Made by a program: the position numbers and the translations under genes. Below, one piece after another: positions 39,170-48,652 of a DNA stretch of 64,000 nucleotides. Each line of letters opens with the position of its first letter. Within the stretch, counting starts at the first letter, position 1. The stretch comes from an uncultured Myxococcales bacterium. Lineage in GTDB: Bacteria > Myxococcota > B64-G9. The notes beneath the pieces are model-generated. The model did no database searches. It was given only the letters and a program-made list of their open reading frames with translations, and was not told the origin of the DNA. The DNA lies in NCBI GenBank assembly GCA_964431605.1, contig CAYSLH010000001.1, positions 22,719 to 86,718 on the forward strand. The letters are read 5' to 3'.

Positions 39170-40257
39170 TATTCCACCTTTACCATTCCTCTATCGACCA
39201 TAAAGACTCTTTGAGGTTCAAGATCATCCATAAGAGATTTTTCCGTAGTGGTAACTATAGTCTGTCCTTGATTTCTTTTTATGATCTCGAAAAGTCTCTT
39301 TCTAACATTTGCATCCAACTCGCTGGAAACATCATCCAATAGAATTATTGGACGCTCCATTCCAAGTTCCGTCAAAAGATTCACAATGGATAATAAGAGT
39401 GCCACAGCACAAGAACGCTGTTGTCCTTGTGATCCGAATGTTCTAGCTTTCTTCATGTGTATCATTACATCCAAATCATCCATCTGTGGACCTATGGTCG
39501 TAATTTTTCGAATTTTATCCCTTTCATATATGTCCTGTAGTTTCTCAAGGAAAAATTCTGAATCAGAACCAGGTCCGTCTTTCCATCCACTGACGAATTC
39601 CAAAGATCCAGAAAGTTCACCATCGGAAATATCTTCGATTATCTCAGAAAATTTATCTTCAATTTGTTTTACCAATTCCTTCCTGTTGTTGCTCACCAAC
39701 CATCCCCACTTTGAAAGAGCGACTGTAAAAGTATGAAGTAGATGTGAATCAATTTTTTCTGAAGACAAGATCTTGTTTCTGGATTTGAGAGAAACGTTAA
39801 ATTTCTTTACTGTCTCGAGGTGGCTGTTTTTTACAAGAAAACAAGATCGATCCATAAAACGTCGCCTTTTCGACGGACCTCCTTTTATCATCGCAAGATC
39901 ATCCGGTGTGAAAGCGACCACTGCCAACTTTCCAAGATAATCTGAAATGGATTTCGACTGGTTACTTCCAATCCACATTTTTCTTCCCGAATTATTCAAC
40001 TCCAATTTCAGCTCAAGTTGAAGTCCCAAACTATTTACCATCGCACAAATTCGAGATTTCTTTTTACCGTGGGATATCATTTCTGAAGTTTTCGAATTCC
40101 TGAATGATCTGAGACTTGAAAGCATGTGAACAGCTTCCAGAATGTTAGTTTTTCCCTGACCATTGTTTCCAATGAACAGGTTCACTCCAGAACAAAGTTC
40201 TATTTTCTGTTTTTCAAGGTTTCTGAATGAGTCCAGTTGAATAGATTTGATTTGCAC
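39169..40257 (-). CDS. recF: DNA replication and repair protein RecF
   Basis: Walker A GNNGQGKTN, SMC-like signature and Walker B LLDDV. Positioned after dnaN. Confidence 0.9.
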   Translation of the reverse strand: MQIKSIQLDSFRNLEKQKIELCSGVNLFIGNNGQGKTNILEAVHMLSSLRSFRNSKTSEMISHGKKKSRICAMVNSLGLQLELKLELNNSGRKMWIGSNQSKSISDYLGKLAVVAFTPDDLAMIKGGPSKRRRFMDRSCFLVKNSHLETVKKFNVSLKSRNKILSSEKIDSHLLHTFTVALSKWGWLVSNNRKELVKQIEDKFSEIIEDISDGELSGSLEFVSGWKDGPGSDSEFFLEKLQDIYERDKIRKITTIGPQMDDLDVMIHMKKARTFGSQGQQRSCAVALLLSIVNLLTELGMERPIILLDDVSSELDANVRKRLFEIIKRNQGQTIVTTTEKSLMDDLEPQRVFMVDRGMVKVE

Positions 40258-40271
40258 TTTGAAAAATAGTT

Positions 40272-41399
40272 TTAGATTCTCATGGGCATGACGACGCAGG
40301 TGTACTTTTCCTCAGAGGTTGGTCTTATCATGCAAGGAGAGAGGTCGTCTTCAAAGGAAACCAAAACTTTTTCTGTATCTATGGAAGAAAGTGCATCTAA
40401 CAAGTATTTGGTATTGAATCCAATTGTTATTTTTTCATCTATCCCTTCGACTTCCAACTCCTCAACAGCCTCACCCAGGTCAGGATTTGAAGTCGAAATT
40501 TTAAGGCTGTCATCTTCCAATATTATTCTTATTCCCAGATTTTTATCGTTTGAAAGAATACTTATTCTCCTGAAAGAATCCATCAGTTTTTTTCTTTCCA
40601 ATGTAATCTCTATTTTCTGTTTTGATGGAATCACATGTTTGTAGTCAGGAAACTTACCATCTATAAGACGCATCACAACACTTACATTATCCATCTTGAA
40701 AATGAGATTACTCCCGTCCAATCCCATCATACACTCATTTTTCACATCATCTAAGAGTCGCTTAATTTCCAGTAAACCTTTTCGTGGAATTATCACTCCT
40801 GCTTCAGAAGAAAATCCTTCTTGCTGTTCGCAAAGTTTAGAATCCAGCATTGAAAGCCTATGACCATCAGTGGCAACCATTCTGAATTCACCATTTCCGT
40901 GTGACTCCAAGTAAGCGCCATTGAGATTATATCTGGTCTCATCATTAGAAACGGCATAACTGGTTTTTTCTATCATGTTTTTTAGAACACCAGGTTCTAC
41001 CTTGAACAATTTTGCTTTGCTTACATCGGGCAATATCTGGAAATCCTCTGGAGACATCCCCATCATTTTGTATTCTATTTTTCTACCTTCGACATTCGAC
41101 TTGATTCTTGCCCAGTGGTTATCCATTCTTTCAATGTCAACTGTTCCTTTTGGCAAGGATCTGATGATATCGTAAAGATGTCTTGCACTAATGGTTATGG
41201 ATCCAGGGGACGATACATCAGCTTCGTGTTCTCCGCTGACCCCAACCTCCAAATCAGTTGCAGTAACAACTACCCTTCCATCGCTACGTGCCTCAATGAG
41301 GACATTTGAAAGAATCGGCATGGCTGTCTTTTTCTCGACAATACCTTGAGCCCGGTACAATCCCTTTGTTAGTTCATCTGTATCGATACTGAATTCCAT
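40272..41399 (-). CDS. dnaN: DNA polymerase III beta sliding clamp DnaN
   Basis: Three-domain beta-clamp pattern (MEFSIDTDELTKGL...PILSNVLIEA). Start taken at the ATG of MEFSID. Confidence 0.9.
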   Translation of the reverse strand: MEFSIDTDELTKGLYRAQGIVEKKTAMPILSNVLIEARSDGRVVVTATDLEVGVSGEHEADVSSPGSITISARHLYDIIRSLPKGTVDIERMDNHWARIKSNVEGRKIEYKMMGMSPEDFQILPDVSKAKLFKVEPGVLKNMIEKTSYAVSNDETRYNLNGAYLESHGNGEFRMVATDGHRLSMLDSKLCEQQEGFSSEAGVIIPRKGLLEIKRLLDDVKNECMMGLDGSNLIFKMDNVSVVMRLIDGKFPDYKHVIPSKQKIEITLERKKLMDSFRRISILSNDKNLGIRIILEDDSLKISTSNPDLGEAVEELEVEGIDEKITIGFNTKYLLDALSSIDTEKVLVSFEDDLSPCMIRPTSEEKYTCVVMPMRI

Positions 41400-41438
41400 G
41401 GCGTCACCTCTATTGCACTTCGGACGACAAAACAACAT

Positions 41439-41673
41439 ACTGGTTTCTAATAATTATCTTTAAAAAGAAACCAAGTAGAAATCATAGGACCTGTTAGATA
41501 CTGGTTTTATGACACAACCTCACAAAAAAAAAGAAAAAAAAGAACACAGTTTCACGTTGATAATCTGTTCTTAACTTGTTGGAAACATGAAAAATATTTT
41601 ATCAACTTTTTTTCCACAGGGTTATTGCCTATCCTTTCCACTTTCTACTAACTTTTTTTACTTCAGTAAATTG
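41439..41673. promoter_or_regulatory. dnaA-dnaN intergenic region with DnaA-box-like TTTTCCACA (41609-41617), TTATCAACT, and an A-tract; possible oriC component
   Basis: Motifs are seen directly. The same TTTTCCACA variant occurs twice just upstream of dnaA. Confidence 0.45.
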
Positions 41674-43032
41674 TCAGAGAGAGAGTTGTCTCTTTATGGC
41701 TTCGATGATGTCTTTTACAGACTGATCTCTATCTTTGAGTTTGTCTATCTGTTGGACTGCACTTATGGCAGTGGAATGATCTTTTTTAAATTTTGAACCT
41801 ATCTCCGGAAACGTGGAATTGAGATAAGTTCTGCAAAGGTACATGGCAATTTGTCTTGGCCTTGAAATGGAACGATGCCTTCTTTTTCCTTTTATATCAG
41901 ACATGCTGATGTTGAAAACAGCACACACTGCCTTTTGAACGTCTTCTATGGAAACAGGAGATCCTGAGGTGATAATCTCTTTGAGTTCTTCTTTTGCAAA
42001 CTCCAAAGTAATGGGAACACCAAGCATGGATGACATGGCACCTAGTCTTTTTAGAGAACCCTCTATTTCTCTGATACTTGATTTCACAGACGAGGCAACA
42101 AACAAAGCTACGTCATCCGGAATATCGAGGCCTTCACTCTCAGCCTTTTTTTGAAGGATTGCTATTCTTGTTTCTATTTCCGGTGGCTGGATATCAGCGA
42201 TGAGTCCCCACTGAAATCTGGTTCTCAACCTGTCTTCCAACTCTGGAATTTCCTGTGGATTTCTGTCAGAGGTCAACACGATCTGTTTGTATGACTCGAA
42301 CAAGGTGTTGAAAGTATGAAAAAATTCTTCTTGAGTCTTAGTCTTTCCAGATATGAACTGGATGTCATCGATTAGCAAAAGATCGCAATTTGACCTGTAT
42401 TTATTTCTGAACTCATCTGTTCTGGCTGTCCTGATGGAATGAATTAGTTCATTTACGAACGTCTCAGTAGAAGTATAGATTATCCTGAATTTTCTGTGAT
42501 CAACCAGTATCCTGTGACCAATTGCGTTTAGAAGATGAGTCTTTCCAAGACCGGCTCCGCCATAAATAAAAAGAGGATTGTATGCAGTTGCCGGGTTTTC
42601 TGCCACGTTCATGGATGCAGCGTGAGCGAGTTGATTGGAAGAACCGACCACGAATTGTTCGAAGGTGTAGCGAGGATTGAGTCCTTGTTCTTTTGAAGCC
42701 TCTATTGCGGTCATTTCTTTTGAATCATCAGGTTGGTTTGGCATATTGGCCGCATTATGCATAGCCTGTACTTCAGCAGCCCGTTCAGGCATGTCAATTA
42801 TTCTCAACTGAACCACAACGTCTTTTGCAGCAACGGAAGAAAACTCTTCCTGGACTATGTCTTTCAATCCGTGGTCTTTGATCCAGTCTCTGGTAAACCT
42901 ATCTGGTACACCGAGATAGACTTTGTTATCATCACTTTCTATAAATTTCAGTGGTTTGAACCAGGTTTGATAGTTTTGGTTGCTGACTCGTTTTTCTATT
43001 GCCTCAAGTACTGCTGACCAAAGTTCTTTCAT
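41674..43032 (-). CDS. dnaA: Chromosomal replication initiator protein DnaA
   Basis: N-terminal MKELWSAVLEAIEK, AAA+ Walker A GGAGLGKTHL, sensor motifs, C-terminal DnaA-box-binding HTH (IAMYLCRTY). Start at the ATG (the track ORF begins at GTG 43044). Confidence 0.95.
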   Translation of the reverse strand: MKELWSAVLEAIEKRVSNQNYQTWFKPLKFIESDDNKVYLGVPDRFTRDWIKDHGLKDIVQEEFSSVAAKDVVVQLRIIDMPERAAEVQAMHNAANMPNQPDDSKEMTAIEASKEQGLNPRYTFEQFVVGSSNQLAHAASMNVAENPATAYNPLFIYGGAGLGKTHLLNAIGHRILVDHRKFRIIYTSTETFVNELIHSIRTARTDEFRNKYRSNCDLLLIDDIQFISGKTKTQEEFFHTFNTLFESYKQIVLTSDRNPQEIPELEDRLRTRFQWGLIADIQPPEIETRIAILQKKAESEGLDIPDDVALFVASSVKSSIREIEGSLKRLGAMSSMLGVPITLEFAKEELKEIITSGSPVSIEDVQKAVCAVFNISMSDIKGKRRHRSISRPRQIAMYLCRTYLNSTFPEIGSKFKKDHSTAISAVQQIDKLKDRDQSVKDIIEAIKRQLSL

Positions 43033-43044
43033 AGATTTCGCCAC

Positions 43045-43321
43045 TTTTCCACAACTGTGGAAAACTTATTTTGTATTTATAATACAACACCTTATAGATT
43101 AAAATTTTTACGATAAAAACAAACCTTCACACAGTTATGGGAATGAGTTTAACCGTGTCAGGGCGATGGTGATGTTAAGCAAAATCAGAAACTCATTGCA
43201 AGGGAAAAATAATAAAAATATTAATTCGACTTGACACGGAACATGTAATGTGGTTCATATTCCAGGCTTTTCAGTCTTGGCGCGTGACAAAATCAACGCG
43301 CTTGGAAAGGGGTAGTTAGTC
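43045..43321. promoter_or_regulatory. Putative oriC / dnaA promoter region: inverted pair of DnaA-box-like 9-mers TTTTCCACA-ac-TGTGGAAAA (43045-43064), AT-rich tracts; genes diverge from here
   Basis: Seen in sequence. Consensus DnaA box is TTATCCACA (1 mismatch each). dnaA<- and ->rpmH flank the region. Confidence 0.6.
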
Positions 43322-43474
43322 GTGAAGCGGACATATCAACCTAGCCGCCGTAGGCGTACAAGAGTTCATGGTTTTCTTTCGAGGATGTCTACAAGTGGTG
43401 GAAGAAAAGTAATTCAGAGGCGCAGACGTAAAGGCCGCGCAAGGCTTTCCGTCAAGCTTTCTACCAATAAGTGA
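43322..43474 (+). CDS. rpmH: 50S ribosomal protein L34
   Basis: [47 protein letters not shown] start. Confidence 0.9.
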   Translation: MKRTYQPSRRRRTRVHGFLSRMSTSGGRKVIQRRRRKGRARLSVKLSTNK

Positions 43475-43499
43475 GCGAACTTCGAAAGCTCTTCCTGAA

Positions 43500-43847
43500 A
43501 AGAGAACCGAAAGGTTCCCTAAAAGTTCACGCCTACTGAAGCGTTGGGAATACCTGCGTGTTCAAAGAGGTGGAAAAAAGTTACAAACCCCTGTTTTTCT
43601 TGTTCTTTATAAAAAAAATAAAATTGGGATAACCAGACTGGGAATAGCGGTGAGCAAAAAGTATGGAAACAGTGTTCAAAGAAACCGCATAAAAAGACTT
43701 GTTCGAGAATCTTTCAGGAGAAACAGACAGCTATTTCCACCGTCGTTGGACATTGTTTTTATTCCAAAAAGAATTAAGAAAACACCTGGATATTCGGAAA
43801 TTGTCGAACAGCTTGGAAAACTTCGTTGGAGGAGGAAAATAAGATGA
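43500..43847 (+). CDS. rnpA: Ribonuclease P protein component RnpA (N-terminal boundary unresolved: no canonical in-frame start)
   Basis: Frame contains [20 protein letters not shown]...[23 protein letters not shown] (RNR motif). The first in-frame ATG (43650) is far too late. A GTG at 43471 is in the +1 frame. Confidence 0.7.
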   Translation, partial: KRTERFPKSSRLLKRWEYLRVQRGGKKLQTPVFLVLYKKNKIGITRLGIAVSKKYGNSVQRNRIKRLVRESFRRNRQLFPPSLDIVFIPKRIKKTPGYSEIVEQLGKLRWRRKIR

Positions 43848-44053
43848 AATGGGTCTTTATTTTCCTTATTAGATTGTACCAGCTGTTGATTTCTCCTCTT
43901 TTAGGACAAAGGTGCAGATTCTATCCAAGTTGTTCCCATTATTCTTTAGAGAGCCTTCAAAGATATGGTTTTTTCAAAGGAAGTTATTTGGCTGTCAAGC
44001 GGATAGTTCGTTGTCATCCATGGAATTCTGGTGGCAATGATCCCGTCCCTTGA
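43844..44053 (+). CDS. yidD: Membrane protein insertion efficiency factor YidD
   Basis: [36 protein letters not shown] signature. ATGA overlap with the rnpA stop. Confidence 0.85.
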   Translation: MKWVFIFLIRLYQLLISPLLGQRCRFYPSCSHYSLESLQRYGFFKGSYLAVKRIVRCHPWNSGGNDPVP

Positions 44054-44090
44054 TTCATAAAGATTTTTCCAACTTCACAATGGTGCTTCG

Positions 44091-45785
44091 ATGGATAAGA
44101 AAACTCTTCTGGCCATAGTAATCTGTGTTGGTATCTGGCTCGTGTGGTCCATGTTTTTCATGGAGACGCCAAAGGAACCTATATCAACAGACGGTGGTGT
44201 TTCCATTAACAGTGAGAAAGTCCAAGGCGCAACAGAAGAAAAATCAAAAGGTTCTGAATTGGCGCAAGATACGGAAAAACCTCCTGAGAACCGGCCGGTG
44301 GAACAAACTGTAAATTTGAAAAATAAATTCATGGTTGCCACGTTTACCACCAGGGGCGCTGCACTAAAGAAACTCCTGTTACCTGAATTCAAGGAACGAG
44401 ACGAGAAAAAGAAGCCTGAAGAGCTTGGACCACAAAACTTGGTCTCCACATCAAATGAAAGCAAATTACCTTTGACCATAAGATTCAGGGATGAAAAGAC
44501 CTCTTTCAAGATAAAAAAATATACAGATTGGCAATTGGTTTCAAAAAATGAGAAAGAGGTTGTTTTCAGGTACTCTAATCCATCGGATCCAACGATTCCC
44601 ACCATAACGAAAAAGTTTTCCATCGAACCGAATTCCTATTCGATGAACTTAGAAGTTACTCTGGACAACAGATCTGATTCCAGCACAACAGAGCAAATGA
44701 TGGTGAATCTCTACGCCTTGTATGCCCCGTCAGTACAAACTGGCTGCGCAGGAGCTCCTTCTCTGCCAAGAACTCCAATGTGTATGAATGGAGATAATGT
44801 AATACCTTCTTCTTCTGGATGCACATCATCGGCAAAGCTCAAACCAGGCGAGGCAAAGAATGCGGAACCAAATATCAACTGGACAGCCATAAACGAGCAG
44901 TATTTCGTGCTTGCGGTTATTCCTACTGGTGTAAAGCAAAGTTTCTGTCACATCGAAGCATTGCAGGACAATTCACTGGTGTCTAGTGTTATGTATCCAG
45001 AAAAAGTAATACCACCTGGGGCTTCCGAAACTCATAAATTCGAGATTTTTGCCGGACCAAAGAGAATGTCTTTGTTGAAAAAGGTAAAAAATGGAAACGG
45101 TGGTGACTCGAAGCTTTCTGCAACAGTAGACTATGGTTGGTTTTCATTTTTATGCCACCCTATGCTGTGGTTGTTGAAGATCTTTTATTCCTTTCTTGGA
45201 AACTATGGATTGGCAATAATTCTTCTTACCATAGTCATTAAAATAGTTCTTTTGCCTTTGACCAATAAGAGCATGAAGAGCATGGCAGAGATGTCGAAAT
45301 TAAAACCGTTGATGGAAGAGCTGAAGCAAAAGTATGGTGATGACAAACAGAAATTAAACCAGGAAATGATGGCTCTTTATAAAACTTATGGAATCAATCC
45401 CATGGGTGGTTGCTTTCCCATGTTGCTTCAGATGCCAATTTGGATAGCTTTATATAGAATGTTGTATTCATCCGTCGAACTCTACCAGGCGCCTTTCATT
45501 CCTGGATGGCTTTCAGATCTTTCATTCAAAGACCCGTATTATATTTTACCGGTGGTATTGGGTGCAGCCATGTTTCTCCAACAGCACATGTCTCCCACTA
45601 GTGCTGATTCACAGCAGGCCAAAATGATGAAATATCTAATGCCCGCTTTTATGACGTTTATAATGATTAACCTACCCAGCGGATTGGTCCTGTACATTTT
45701 GATAAATTCAGTGTTGTCAATTTTTCACCAGATGTATTACAACAAGAAAACCCAAGATCAGGCTATTACCCCTGTTGAAGGTTGA
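44091..45785 (+). CDS. yidC: Membrane protein insertase YidC
   Basis: N-terminal TM, large periplasmic domain, conserved 60KD_IMP core (GLAIILLTIVIKIVLLPLT). Confidence 0.9.
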   Translation: MDKKTLLAIVICVGIWLVWSMFFMETPKEPISTDGGVSINSEKVQGATEEKSKGSELAQDTEKPPENRPVEQTVNLKNKFMVATFTTRGAALKKLLLPEFKERDEKKKPEELGPQNLVSTSNESKLPLTIRFRDEKTSFKIKKYTDWQLVSKNEKEVVFRYSNPSDPTIPTITKKFSIEPNSYSMNLEVTLDNRSDSSTTEQMMVNLYALYAPSVQTGCAGAPSLPRTPMCMNGDNVIPSSSGCTSSAKLKPGEAKNAEPNINWTAINEQYFVLAVIPTGVKQSFCHIEALQDNSLVSSVMYPEKVIPPGASETHKFEIFAGPKRMSLLKKVKNGNGGDSKLSATVDYGWFSFLCHPMLWLLKIFYSFLGNYGLAIILLTIVIKIVLLPLTNKSMKSMAEMSKLKPLMEELKQKYGDDKQKLNQEMMALYKTYGINPMGGCFPMLLQMPIWIALYRMLYSSVELYQAPFIPGWLSDLSFKDPYYILPVVLGAAMFLQQHMSPTSADSQQAKMMKYLMPAFMTFIMINLPSGLVLYILINSVLSIFHQMYYNKKTQDQAITPVEG

Positions 45786-45802
45786 AAAGAAAAGGTGTGA
45801 AC

Positions 45803-46492
45803 ATGATAAAGGAGTTTTTTGGGGACGATTTGCAGGATGCTCTTTCCAATGCGAGTAAAAAATTGGGAATTGACAAGGAATCTATCTCCTATTCAAGGAT
45901 TGAAGGAACCTTTGGTTCTGCTCTCACAGGTGAAAAGATCGGCATACTCGTAACATATGACAAGAAAGAGAAAAAATCCAAAATTCCACAAAAGTCTTCT
46001 GATTTGATGCAGGAATTTGAGAAAATAAGGAACGAACCAAGTGTTGCAACTTCATTCGTGTTGGAAAAGATACTCTCTTCCATGGGTAGCCAAGTGAACA
46101 TCTCAGTAGAAGAAAAAGAAGATTTGGTTCTTCTGTCTGTGGAATTCAAAGGAGAAAAACCTGATACAAGAAAGGGAGACATCAGGGAACTGAGGGGAGC
46201 GCTGCAATATATCATCAATCGTGTTGCAAGTGAGGGAAAAGAAAAGAGCAAAAGATACATAGTTGACTTCAATGGAGACCTGGAAGAAAGAAAGAAGAAG
46301 ATGAAAGAAATAGCCGATGAGCTTGGTTCTTTCGTACAAAAACACAAGCAACCTGTTCACGTAGAACTTATGGATTCTCAAGACAGGAGATTGTTGCACT
46401 TGGCCTTGGAGAACGAAAAAGATATTAAAACATTTTCCCAGGGAGAAGGCAGGTTTAGAGTGTTGTGTATAGAGCCGGGGAAAAAGGATTGA
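45803..46492 (+). CDS. jag: Jag/KhpB RNA-binding protein (Jag_N + KH + R3H)
   Basis: MIKEFFGDDLQDALSNASKKLGI (Jag_N) and a C-terminal R3H-like region. Follows yidC as in many genomes. Confidence 0.75.
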   Translation: MIKEFFGDDLQDALSNASKKLGIDKESISYSRIEGTFGSALTGEKIGILVTYDKKEKKSKIPQKSSDLMQEFEKIRNEPSVATSFVLEKILSSMGSQVNISVEEKEDLVLLSVEFKGEKPDTRKGDIRELRGALQYIINRVASEGKEKSKRYIVDFNGDLEERKKKMKEIADELGSFVQKHKQPVHVELMDSQDRRLLHLALENEKDIKTFSQGEGRFRVLCIEPGKKD

Positions 46493-46756
46493 AAAAGAAA
46501 AAAAAGATCGATCGGTTGAGATCCGCAGCACTGGTGAAAGTCAAATATCTCATGAACACCGGAAAAGCGGATGACGGTTTTCGTATCATTTTTGATGGGG
46601 TACTCAAGGATCTCAAGCTGAGTAGTAAAGAGGTAGATGATTTCATTGAAAAGAACAGGGAAAATCTGACCAGGCAATGCATGGAAGATGGATAATAATT
46701 TTCAGATAGTACTCAAACTCGTAATAGCCTGAATTTCTGTGATAAGAGCCTGAATG

Positions 46757-46770
46757 TTTCCACGTGGAAC
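46757..46770. promoter_or_regulatory. Near-palindrome TTTCCACGTGGAAC 22 bp upstream of mnmG start
   Basis: 13/14 match to the perfect palindrome at 48659-48674. Confidence 0.4.
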
Positions 46771-46791
46771 GTTTTATGACGTGGTAGATCA

Positions 46792-48645
46792 ATGGATCTG
46801 GATTTTGACATAGTAGTTGTTGGTGCTGGTCATGCCGGGTGTGAAGCTGCTCTTGCAGGAGCGAGAACAGGTAAAAGGGTGGCTTTGATAACGTTCGACA
46901 TCGACAGGATAGCAGAGATGTCATGTAATCCTGCAATTGGAGGCCTAGGCAAGAGTCAGATAGTAAGGGAGATAGATGCACTGGGGGGCGAGATGGGAAA
47001 GGCCGCGGATAATGCGGCGATTCATTTCAGAAGACTAAACGAAAGTAGGGGACCAGCAGTAAGAGCCAGGCGTGTTCAGTGCGACATGGGTGACTATCAT
47101 TCTTATATGTTGTCCAAATTGAAAAGCTCTGAAGGAATCCATATCATCGAGGGAGAAGTCAAAGGACTGCTGGTGGAAAACAATGCAGTAAAAGGGGTTA
47201 CTTTTTCATCGAAGGATTTTCCTGAAAAGAGTCTTGCATGTAAAACCGTTGTTTTGACGACAGGAACTTTTCTAAAAGCCATCATGTATACCGGATTGGT
47301 ATCATCCAAGGGAGGGAGGGTAAAAGATGGTAGTGCCGATAATCTCAGCGCGAACCTTGAACAACTGGGACTTTCTCTAGGAAGGCTAAAAACCGGCACT
47401 CCTCCACGACTTGACTCATCTTCCATAGATTTCAGTGAAATGGAAGCACAATATTCTGACAATGAATTACTACCATTCTCCCATGAATCCCAAACTCTTG
47501 ATTCCCGAAGAATGACTGCTGTATGCTACATGACTCGTACCAACGAGGCTGTTCATATTTCCATAAGAAAAGGACTTGACGATTCTCCTCTCTATACCGG
47601 CGTCATCAAGGGTCTTGGACCAAGGTATTGTCCATCCATAGAAGACAAGGTCGTGAGATTTCCTCAAAGATCATCCCACCAGGTAGTCCTCGAGCCAACA
47701 GATGCCACTGGAAAAATAATATACCCCAATGGGATCTCAACAAGTTTGAACCTAGATGTACAAAAAGAGATGGTCAATTCCATACCGGGTCTCGAGAAGG
47801 CAAAGATTATCGTACCTGGTTATGCCGTCGAATATGATTTCGTCTATCCCACTCAGCTATTGCATTCCCTGATGGTCAAAAAGATAAAGGGCATTTTTTT
47901 AGCCGGACAGATAAATGGAACCAGTGGATACGAAGAGGCAGCAGGACAGGGACTTTTAGCGGGAATAAACGCCTCTTTTTTCATAGATGGGGAAAAACCT
48001 CTCGTTCTTGCGAGACATGAGGCATACATAGGTGTGATGATAGATGATTTAGTTACCAGAGGGACAAAAGAGCCCTACAGGATGTTTTCCTCGAGAGCGG
48101 AGTTCAGATTATTGTTGAGAGAGGATAATGCCCTTGAGAGATTAAATCCCTATGCGAAAGCCGTCGGTCTCGTTCCCAGAGAAATAATTGAGCAACGAAG
48201 TGCCAAACTGCAACATGTTGAAAAAATAAATCAAAAACTTTTGAGCATCAAAAAAGTAGAAAAAGGTGGAAAAAGCACGATCCTTGAAAAAATCCTCCGG
48301 AGACCAGGTGTGTCGGTCGATGAAATACTAGAAGATATTTGTGAACTCGATGCACCCAGAGATGTCAGAGAAATGGTCGAGGTCAAGGTGAAGTACAAAG
48401 GTTATATTGAGCGACAAATCAGGGAAGCAAGGCAGTTGAAAAAAAGAGACGCAAAAAAGATCCCCTTGGATTTTAATTTCGAAGGCCTTTCAGGGCTTTC
48501 ATCCGAATTGCTGGAAAAGTTGAAAAAAAACAGGCCTGCCACGCTGGGCGAGGCCAAGGGGATAGACGGAATCACCCCAGCAGCTTTGATGCTCATTTCA
48601 TTGGAAGTGGATCGAAAAAAAAGAAGAGAAAATAAGAAGTATTGA
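46792..48645 (+). CDS. mnmG: tRNA uridine 5-carboxymethylaminomethyl modification enzyme MnmG (GidA)
   Basis: FAD-binding DVVVVGAGHAGCEAALA and a full-length GidA pattern. Confidence 0.95.
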   Translation: MDLDFDIVVVGAGHAGCEAALAGARTGKRVALITFDIDRIAEMSCNPAIGGLGKSQIVREIDALGGEMGKAADNAAIHFRRLNESRGPAVRARRVQCDMGDYHSYMLSKLKSSEGIHIIEGEVKGLLVENNAVKGVTFSSKDFPEKSLACKTVVLTTGTFLKAIMYTGLVSSKGGRVKDGSADNLSANLEQLGLSLGRLKTGTPPRLDSSSIDFSEMEAQYSDNELLPFSHESQTLDSRRMTAVCYMTRTNEAVHISIRKGLDDSPLYTGVIKGLGPRYCPSIEDKVVRFPQRSSHQVVLEPTDATGKIIYPNGISTSLNLDVQKEMVNSIPGLEKAKIIVPGYAVEYDFVYPTQLLHSLMVKKIKGIFLAGQINGTSGYEEAAGQGLLAGINASFFIDGEKPLVLARHEAYIGVMIDDLVTRGTKEPYRMFSSRAEFRLLLREDNALERLNPYAKAVGLVPREIIEQRSAKLQHVEKINQKLLSIKKVEKGGKSTILEKILRRPGVSVDEILEDICELDAPRDVREMVEVKVKYKGYIERQIREARQLKKRDAKKIPLDFNFEGLSGLSSELLEKLKKNRPATLGEAKGIDGITPAALMLISLEVDRKKRRENKKY

Positions 48646-48652
48646 TATTTTC

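Noticed and set aside
46465-46695. 76 aa ORF between jag and mnmG
   Set aside because: It has no RBS and no recognisable domain. It overlaps the jag 3' end and is Lys-rich from an A-rich stretch. It is possibly real but unsupported.
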